A stretch of 64,000 nt of DNA from the NCBI GenBank assembly GCA_010093815.1, contig ML996566.1; one strand, 5' to 3'. The notes beneath the pieces were generated by a model, which was not told the DNA's origin, did not search any database, and saw only the letters and a list, made by a program, of their open reading frames with translations. Shown piece after piece: positions 55,481-64,000 of this stretch. The translations under genes and the position numbers were made by a program. This DNA is from Pseudovirgaria hyperparasitica. Lineage: Eukaryota. Within the stretch, counting starts at the first letter, position 1, and every line of letters starts with the position of its first letter.

Positions 55481-56541
55481 ATGGGTTTCACCGACTTCGT
55501 CTCCGATGCTGGCTTGACTCGTTCGTACCCCGCGCTGGATCTGCCTTCAGACGACAGTCTCTGACCTCGACCACAGTGCTCAACACCTGGCTGGCAAGCC
55601 GTAGTTACATCATCGGGTACGTAGGATGAATGTCCCTATACTTTTTATCATTTCCTTTTGCTTCTATGATGAAAAGAAATTGGTCCGTGTTTAAGAGCGG
55701 CTTAAGACCCCGCGAATGACTACATCCAATGCGCTCGTCGCACCTCTGATCTCCTTACCTTCGAAATCGATACAAATGATCACTTCAATTGAGATCTATA
55801 GCTAAATGACCATAGACATGCACCTACTCAAGCCGATGTGAAGGTCTTCGAGGCCTTCAAGGAAAAGCCCGCAGTTGAGAAGTACCCTCACGCCGCCCGC
55901 TGGTATAAGCACATCGCCACGTACGAGTCTGAGTTTACTTCGCTGCCAGGCGACCCATCCAAGGCTGCAACTGCGTACGGCCCCGAGGTTTCCACCCTGC
56001 CCATCCAGCCCAAGGCTCCCGCTGATGATGCGGCTGCTGCTGAGGATGATGATGAGGTTGATCTCTTTGGCAGCGAGTCTGAAGAAGATGAGGAGAAGCA
56101 AGCAGAGACTGCTCGCAGATTAGAGGAGTACAAGAAGAAGAAGGAAGGCAAGACCAAGCCTGCTGCCAAGTCGATCGTTACAATGGAAGTCAAGCCATGG
56201 GGTACGTCATAAATATATGTTGGCCGCGGTGAACGAATATTAACTAGCAGATTAGATGATGAGACCGATCTGAAAGCCATGGAGGCGGCAGTGCGAGCCA
56301 TCGAACAGGATGGACTCGTCTGGGGTGGGAGCAAACTTCAACCCGTCGGCTTCGGTATTTTCAAGCTCCAAATCAACTTGGTCGTGGAGGACGAGAAGGT
56401 TTCTCTTGAAGACCTCCAGGAGAGTATCTCCGAGCTCGAGGACTACGTCCAGTCCACCGATGTTGTAAGTTTCACCACACAAGTTGCTTATCGTGGTCTC
56501 GTATTGATCGGCTGTTATAGATTGCCATGCAGAAATTGTAG
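55481..56541 (+). CDS. EFB1: Translation elongation factor 1-beta (multi-exon)
   Basis: [13 protein letters not shown]|..[10 protein letters not shown]|..[72 protein letters not shown]. Confidence 0.97.
55664..55752 (+). ncRNA. SNR18: Intronic box C/D snoRNA U18/snR18
   Basis: Box C ATGATGA at 55666, guide TTGGTCCGTGTTT (complement of the conserved LSU rRNA AAACACGGACCAA) at ~55680-55692, box D CTGA at 55746. It lies inside an EF-1beta intron, the known host of snR18 in yeast. Confidence 0.88.
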
Positions 56542-56990
56542 AGCGTATATAGGATGTGCGCTGGCAATACCGCTCACCGCATGGTGTCATATGATTTACG
56601 ATGAGGATGCATGGAACCGGAGGCCATATATGACTATGGGCATGAAAACGGATGGAAACGTTGATAGACTACGAACGCATTATATGGCTGGATGAAGCCG
56701 TTGAGGAACATGAATGATACCAAGTGAACTGTCATTTCCCATATCCGTGCCAGAAAGTGCCAGTCATGAATTCGATCTTTTTAAAGTCAAATCGCATTTG
56801 GCGAAACGACTGATGTGAACATCAAGGTCATCGACACATGCACAGCGATGCCCTGATTGGCCACAGCTTTGCGGGGGGTCCACTTTCGATTCCCAGCTTG
56901 TCAACATCCACACGCCGCAGAGTTTCATCCACAAAGGCTCACAACAGCGCCTACGGACCATTGACATAACTTCTGCTGCGTCCTGTCAAG

Positions 56991-57484
56991 ATGAGTTTCG
57001 TATCCACGATACTAAACGCCGTTGGCCTCATCTTCCTCACACACGCGTAAGCTTCTCAGAGTAATATCGTCGTAACCAGCTTCTCACCAAGCACCAGTGT
57101 CTACTCTGCCCACGAGCACACTGCGCTCAGCAGCACATCGCAAAGCAGCGCCTCCGGAACGCCCGCAAATCCTGCCTCGTCTCTCCCTCTAGATATCGTC
57201 ATCGAGCTGCTGGTAGCCGTCGTGGTGCTCTCGATCGGAATTGTGCTGTCGAGCACGCCGCTCAAGCCGATACAATGGAATAAATGGGCAGGAGCGATTG
57301 AGAAGAATGGGAGGAAAGAGAATCCTTATAGGATACTGGAGGAGCGGGTAGGGTTCTGGGACGTTAGGGTTAGTAGGATTCTGCAACGATGATGCTCTGG
57401 GGCGGCGAGGACGTTTTACTGATTATGGTGTTTAGAGCTAAGAGAAAAGAGTTTGCGGACTGGGTGAGACAGGGTGGGCAGTGA
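56991..57484 (+). CDS. EMC5: ER membrane protein complex subunit 5 / MMGT family (3 exons)
   Basis: Not in the ORF track. Manual splicing gives MSFVSTILNAVGLIFLTHA|VYSAHEH..SLPLDIVIELLVAVVVLSIGIV..LKPIQW..LEERVGFWDVR|AKRKEFADWVRQGGQ*. Confidence 0.88.
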
Positions 57485-57850
57485 GTCTCATGGATGGATG
57501 GGATATGTTGCTAAATGTAAGCATATTACAGTCTAATGAGTAATGAGCACTCAAGCTAACACGAAGACCATGCAGAGCGCGCCCCAGATAGACAAGATGA
57601 ATCGAATTAATGGACTGATTTTCAGTCATGACGCCTAACGAACTGCGTTATATGCCGAGCTTACAAAATAGACAAACCCAGATGAACTCCCAACGCCCAA
57701 TCCCTTTTCTCGTTCGCATTCATTTTCTTGTGTACGTCCATTTTCTCGTTGGCATCACTTTTCTCATACGTTCGCCGGACGCTCTGTCAATCTGTTCCTA
57801 TTCTCGCCGCGACCATTCTTCCACATGTTCAGATTCGTGCACGAAAGCCC

Positions 57851-58672
57851 TCACAACGCAACCCGACATGCCCCAGTCCTACACTCCCTCCCGCTTTCAA
57901 CACCCTCCGGCACACTCACCTCATCATCCCTCCCTCCAATCTTCCTCCCACTAACCCACCAGGCCGCAGCACTCACAATCTCCACCAGAACCCTTACATC
58001 TTCCTCCTCACGCGGGGCATACACCATCATAAACTCCCGTGGCACAAATCTCCTCATCCACCCTCCCTGGGCAAGTGGATGCCTTTCGCCCCAGCCGGCC
58101 TCAAGCACAATCTTCGCGTCTGCGGGGTGCAAGCTCAGATGCATGCTTCCATCCGAAGGGTGCAGATGGCACACTTCCCCACGACACGTCCGCACAATAG
58201 GCGCCAGACTGAACAGTCCTGTCCCGTGTTTCTCGAAGCAACTCGTGCCCTGGACGAGATGATTCGCGGGGTCCTTTGCCAGGCTCTTCAGTACATCACT
58301 GAATAGTGCGTACATGCCCGGCGTGATGCGCTGTGTTGTTTGTCGATGGGGTGCAATGCCTGCGACACGCGGTCTCGGCGCACCACGCTTTGGTAGTGCG
58401 GACAGTACGCCGGGCGTAAAGTGCGGGTGGACGAATGCTGGAGCGTACGGATCGCGCAGTGCAAAGAGGCTGAGGAAGCGGATTTTCAGATAGCCGTAGG
58501 GCGTGCTGGGGGTGCCGCCGGGGCCGAGCGAGGTAAAGGCCGTGTAGTCGTTCACGATGATGTACATTGGCGGGATGAGTGTCAGCAAGAGGAGAGACTT
58601 GAGGAGGGTGAGGAGTGGCGTGGAAGAGGCCTCAATGGAGAAGGAGTTTGGATCATGAGTATCGAAATCCAT
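57851..58672 (-). CDS. Luciferase-like domain (DUF5519-type) protein with N-terminal TM segment
   Basis: DYTAFTSLGPGGTP, GIAPHRQ, GEVCHLHPSDGSMHLSLHPADAK, GWGERHPL, MVYAPREEED. Confidence 0.8.
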   Translation of the reverse strand: MDFDTHDPNSFSIEASSTPLLTLLKSLLLLTLIPPMYIIVNDYTAFTSLGPGGTPSTPYGYLKIRFLSLFALRDPYAPAFVHPHFTPGVLSALPKRGAPRPRVAGIAPHRQTTQRITPGMYALFSDVLKSLAKDPANHLVQGTSCFEKHGTGLFSLAPIVRTCRGEVCHLHPSDGSMHLSLHPADAKIVLEAGWGERHPLAQGGWMRRFVPREFMMVYAPREEEDVRVLVEIVSAAAWWVSGRKIGGRDDEVSVPEGVESGRECRTGACRVAL

Positions 58673-58983
58673 TTTCTCTCTGTGTGTGTGTATGTTCGTC
58701 TCGTATCGACAAATCGTGCGTGAGGTGGCCTGTCTGCGGTGTTTGTGTGTGTGTGTGTGGATTGATGTCAATTGCTGGGGTCTGGGATTGACTGGACGTG
58801 AGATCAGGCGAGGTCTTTTGGAACCGGAAGGAGAATATCGAGGAACTCGTTTTTTTTAAGGTTTTTTAAGCCTGGCTCGGGTACCTGAGAGTGGATGCAG
58901 GCGGAACGAAGCTGTTTGAGATTGAGGTTTTGGAGAGGGCGAACAGAATTGGAAGCTTTGACAGTAACAACAATCACAATGCT

Positions 58984-59088
58984 GATGATGATGATGATGA
59001 TGATGATGCTGCTGCTACAGCCCTTGTAACGCCAACACACGTCAACTGCAACCGACAACAACAACGACAGCAACAACAACGACGACGC
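58984..59088. repeat. Microsatellites (GAT)n/(GCT)n and imperfect (CAA/CGA)n
   Basis: gatgatgatgatgatgatgatgatgctgctgct at ~58984-59016 and acaacaacaacgacagcaacaacaacgacgacg at ~59055-59088. Confidence 0.85.
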
Positions 59089-60123
59089 GTATCTGAACGT
59101 CCTTCTCTTCTTGAATGATACCCAACCTCGCTCAATCGATTGACAACATTGCAACCAAACCAGCCAGAGTCCCATATCACTCACCTCTTTAAATACCCGC
59201 CCAAGCAACTTGCCCCTCCCCTTAAAAAACTTCCCCACGTGTCGACCCTGCTGCGTGGGTGTGCGTGACCACCAACCCCCTCCCTCTCCCAATAGATCTT
59301 CACCCTCTCAGCTCGCGAGACAACTCCGGCGCCCATTCCCGCAATTGCCAAAGGACAATAAAGTTCGAAAATCGCAGTCCCTTCAGCCAATCAGCAGCCT
59401 TCACATTTCACACACAAGAACGCGCGTTGCTAGCGCGCAGGTACGTACAGCCAGCCAGCTCAGAGGAATACCTGCACGCTTGGCTGCACCTGCAGCAGCA
59501 AAAGGAAGCCTATTGCCGAGACATTGCTGCTGTGCTGGAGCGCGACGAGAGGGGACACATCATGGGGTGCGGCTCGGCAAGGAAGCAGTGATTGGAGAAG
59601 TTGGGCCCGGAGAGCTGGGAGATTCCGGTGCTGCTCGTAACGTGTGAGGTGGGAAGAGTGGGATGTGCGGATTGAGAGTGAGAGGTGCATGGTATGGGTG
59701 TGTGGCTGGCTGGGGAGAGCACGCGACATCGGAGTCAGCGCGGTTGGGCGTTCGCCTTGGGATGTACACGAGATAGCAGATAGACAGCTGGATTATAGAG
59801 TTTTGTACGAATGTTCGACTCCGACATACGGCAACGCAGAAGCACGAATTGACCGACCCGTGTCTTGGGCGTGTCCTCGATATCTCAACAAGTAGTACAT
59901 GCAATACCAACAGTAACAACTCTAGGGTATCATTTGCCGCACGTCCCTCTTTCGCGTGTGGTATATATCCTTTTCCCCGCTTCTTAAGCTACTTTACACG
60001 GCGTAAAACCATAGCCGCACCAGTGAAGTCAAAGCAAAAACGCCGTCATGGGATATCTCAGCCTCGTGCGATGCATTCGAGGACAACGACATTGTAAAAG
60101 ATTGTGCTGCAGATAATAGTGTT

Positions 60124-61614
60124 TCATGGCTGCGGGGGCCTGTAGGGTATAAACCGGCCTCCCTGTGTCTGACCACTGGTCGGTCCTACTGGTCCCTGGG
60201 GCTGAGGATGGCTCTGAGACTGGGTGACTTCACCCTCTTGTACTGGCTGAAGCGATCCACCACCGAAATGTGCCGCATGTGCGCCCTTGATTCTCAGATC
60301 GTCTTGTGGAACTTCAACGTTCATAGATGATATCGATACTGGAGAGCTTGGGAAGTTGCCTGTGCCGACTGCTGGCGAAATCGAAGAACCGCTGGGTGTT
60401 TCGGAATTGCGAGAAGCATTTCCAGGTGCAAGGTTGTTCTTCGACTGTCGAGCAAACGAGTTTGGCGGTTGTGCTGGCGATCCTTCAAGCTCAGAGTGTG
60501 TCTGCGATGGACTATTCTCGGGCAGCTCCGTAAAGTTTGAAATGGGCCTGCTGTCAATCTCTACAGGATTACCCTGAGAACCGGTCGGAAGTACATTGGC
60601 ATACTTCGCATCTGCAGTGATCTCTGTGGGTGATGTCGTCTCGGTGGAAGTTTTGCCAGGTTTTGAAAGCGTTGCGGCAAATGGGTTGCTGGTATTACCG
60701 GTGTCGCTACGCCCAGCCTGTTGTTGTCGTCGACGACGCCACAGAAAGAACAGAATGCCGGCAATTGCGATGAGACCCAATGGAATACCGACTGCCAAAC
60801 CAACTATCATGCCGGTATTAGAGGATCCACCAGAGTCGTCATTATTGGTTGGTGTGTCGGTTGAAGCCGGAGTGAGAACAGTGGTTCGCACGATTGTTAC
60901 GGGACCATTACTACCCGTCTCAATTGAAGTGAATTCAGAGACTACAGGTGTACCAGCTGCAGTTACATCTGATGTAGGTGCAGGCGAAGAGGGAGGATTC
61001 GAAGTAGGTCTTGTAGAACCTCCATTCGACGAACGGACCGAGGACTGAGCCGAGGAGGGACTACCGTCAGTAAAGGAAGATGGACCAGCAAGAGAAGTAG
61101 CCTTGGCGACGCCATTCGTGCTCAAGACCGTTGCGAATACGTTTCCAGCCGAGAGGTTATCCACAAACTCGAAACCCTGGTCTGTACAGCAGTTTCCGGC
61201 TTGTCTGTTCTTGTCACAACAATAGCGACCATCATTGCAAGCCAGAATGGCCTCGTTTCCAATAGCTGTGTTGTCTGGTGAAGGTCAATTAGCAGCTGGT
61301 CGAGTGACACGAGAGGCAAGGCAGGTAGAATCACCGTATGTGCAGTAGTTGTTCGCACAGCCAGCACCAAAATCACCATTGGTACAGGAATAGCGACCTA
61401 GGATTTTCGCAGCAGGATTGTAGCAGAGGCCATTATCGAGACACTGCCATTGAAGCGGACAGCATACCACATTATCGCCAGTACCACATGCGAAAGAGTC
61501 TCCTGCTTTGTCGCCGTTGGGGTAGTAACAGGTTTGCGCGTCAACAGCAATTATCAGAACAAAGGCTACGACATAGCGAGCGATGGGCGATTTGAAGGAC
61601 AGTTGAGAGCGCAT
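60124..61614 (-). CDS. Single-pass membrane protein: signal peptide, Cys-rich ectodomain, Ser/Thr-rich stalk (Mid2/SKG6-like)
   Basis: MRSQ..YVVAFVLIIAVDA-QTCYYPNG..CC..CLDNGLC..RYSCT, an intron ~61290-61337, an S/T-rich region, and TM GMIVGLAVGIPLGLIAIAGILFFLW followed by RRRR. Confidence 0.85.
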
Positions 61615-62763
61615 CGCGAGGGTATGCCAGGCCAGAGTGCGCCTGAATTGCAGACGCGACGCTGGAGGCGACGTATAAAGAATGAAAGGATGGAGGAAGA
61701 ATGAAGGTGGGTATAATAAGGTGGACCGCACACCCACAGTAATTAGAAGATGATAAAGATAGACGACGAGTGGCGGTCCCCAGATAGCAAGACTGGGATG
61801 TCTGTGTGGGTACAACGATGTGAAGTGTGGCGTGTGGTTTCACAGCCAGGTTGGATGGTGACAATGGTGGTGATGGTGACGGCGGCGGTGCAGATGAGGG
61901 AATTCAATTGGAAACTTCCTCAAGCAAGGGGGAGTCCAGAGTTACATCCTTGGAGGTTGGACGGGGGGCAGTGACGCTACAAAAAGGCACAAGCAGAAGC
62001 ACAAGCACAAGCAGTCAACCATCAATTGCCGTGGCACAAACAATCATCTGCTTGATGCTATTAGTCCATGCCATCATACCTCATCACACTACCATAGCCT
62101 AGGTATCGTCAACAAACTTATCTCATTATGGTTACGCTGCCAATTGAGGCGTGACTCTCAGGCTCTGTGGGAGAAAAGCAGGTGTGGTCGGCCGAGGCTA
62201 TCACGACGGTGTGCCCTACACCTACAGTACACGAACTGTTCTGCCGTCCCGCGAGGAGCCGCGATACCGCAATACCGCAATAATTACTGCAATACTGCAA
62301 TACGCCCATACGTAATTATGGACTCGTCGGAAAGGAAGAGGGATAAGCTTTTTGGCGTTTGAAACGGTGGAGACGCCAGCTGGCAAACAAACCGGTCTGA
62401 TTCGCAGAGCTTGAAAAGGGGAGGAGAAGTGGCAGCCAAGTAACGCCCCAGCCCAGTGCTACTGTGCCAGCCTGTGGTCCTGTCCCTGCACACTAATTTG
62501 CGCCTTTTTCTGGCCCGTCCTGGCTAAGCGGGCCCCCGCATTCTCAGTTAGCAATCATCATGATATAATTACTATGTATAGCATTCATTCCACCTCCTAT
62601 CCTGCACCATTCATTACTTATCTTCTTGACTTTGACCACCGCAACACCTCCATTACAATCATTGTCTTTTTGGTCGCCATACCGCCAATGGAAATATCAA
62701 AACACAGCCCACGTTGATACTTTCATGCTTTCTCTCCGAATCTCTTTCTCCTTGTCGTCATGT

Positions 62764-63763
62764 TCAAACTGCCTCCTCCTTGGTCAACTCCTTTATCGCT
62801 TCAAGAAGCTTGCGATCCTTTTGCAGTCCAGCAATCTCCTTCGCCTGGTCCTCATAACTTTCTTTGACTCCTTTGAATTCCATTTTCACATCCGACAAAT
62901 GCGTCGTCAATTCCGCGTTCACTCTTCTCAGCTCTGCCACTAGAGCGTTCTCCACTCCTTTCCTGTGTTGGCTGACTGTCATCACGAGTTTCTCTCTCTG
63001 CATTTCCACCTTCTTCTTCTCGGTGCGGAGCTGGTCGATGGTGCACTGCATCATTCGCAACATTTCGGTCTGTGTTGAGGCCTTTGTTTTCCAAACAGTG
63101 ATCGTCCTTTCTAATTCCAACTCTCGCTTTTCCGACCGCTCCAGATACGCTGTAGATACCGTCATCAGGCCCAGTGCCGGTTCGTCGGTGCTTGGACAGT
63201 GACTTGGTTTTGGCCTCTTCGCAGGAGGAGCATGGTGAGCCTCGAAGCGTCTCGCTGGAATTTGCAAGTCTAGCTGTCGATCCATTTCCAATCTCCTAGA
63301 CCCCATGAGCATTGGAGCTGCTGATGCACATTCAGGTTTTATTAGGACAGGCAGACGAAAGATATTTATATGGGTATGTCGATCCAGAGAACTCACTTGG
63401 CTTCCTATTCTCGACTTGGTCCATAATCGGACTCCCCTTTCCTTGTACCAGCTGGTTGGTGTTGGCAGCTACATTTAAGATCTGGCCCGGAAGTGGACGG
63501 CAGAAGCTCAACAGGTCCACTGATGGCTCATCGTCGTCATCTTCCAACTTGATATCGTCTCTCTTGCGCTTGTCCACCGACGGGGTTTCATTCAACTTGG
63601 ACATGCTGCTCACAGCCGTCTCTAGAATCGCAAACGCAACGAGTTGGAGACGAAATAAGGGTGGGAACTCAGTTCGAATAGGTAGAGAGTCTGCTTGTGG
63701 ATTCACCAGCCAGCTCAAGCTCATATGGTAAATACTTTTGTTGCTTTGAAGCATCAGGGTCAA
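62764..63763 (-). CDS. Hypothetical coiled-coil protein (spliced; 5' end uncertain)
   Basis: ORFs 63332-63763 and 62764-63396 can be joined by a GTGAGT..CAG intron ~63325-63396. The C-terminus is a long heptad-rich helix. Confidence 0.55.
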
Positions 63764-64000
63764 GTCCGAGCTTCAGCTAGCGCGATAAGAAAGTGATTCG
63801 CGTCGCGTCCTCATCTTCAGATGTCAAGCGTAAGAACCTGACTCTCCTTGCTTGTGCAAATCTCCTCTAATCGATATTTTTCAATGACTCCAAATACAAT
63901 GACAGTAGTGTGATGTCCGCGATCATGTGTACACCACAACAGCGCTTCTCCCAAGCTTTTCCTATACCAAGTCAAAGCTAAACATACAACATTCCATATG

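Noticed and set aside
58804..60097. Overlapping ORFs with poly-D/Q/I/S tracts
   Set aside because: They arise from microsatellites in intergenic/UTR sequence.

Overview
Fungal (filamentous ascomycete, Pezizomycotina) genomic DNA in three zones. (1) 1-~21,000 is AT-rich and mutated by repeat-induced point mutation (RIP: TpA-rich, CpA/TpG-poor, in-frame TAA/TAG where Gln/Trp are expected). A less-eroded block at ~610-17,510 still reads as five co-oriented minus-strand pseudogenes. One is a ~1,550-codon DUF3505/telomere-linked-helicase-type gene in which a tyrosine-recombinase-like motif set is fused in frame to a RecQ-like DExH helicase. One is an SNF2-family ATPase and three are orphans. About 13 copies of a 19-bp palindrome (CT(A/G)GAATCG-N-CGATTC(T/C)AG) are scattered through this block and I saw none outside it. 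I interpret the block as a RIP-killed, multi-gene, two-helicase mobile element without a Starship DUF3435 captain; this is inference. (2) ~21,000-27,500 is a small accessory island: trypsin-like protease, NTase-like orphan, kinase and an APH-like pseudogene. (3) ~27,500-64,000 is ordinary intron-containing core genome: HEI10, a JmjC protein, SmF, RTP1, an SDR, PRMT5, PRP43, MSH5, HSP78, EF-1beta with intronic U18 snoRNA, EMC5, a luciferase-like domain protein and a Cys-rich membrane protein. All calls come from manual translation and motif recognition; no database searches were run, and pseudogene and splice boundaries are approximate.
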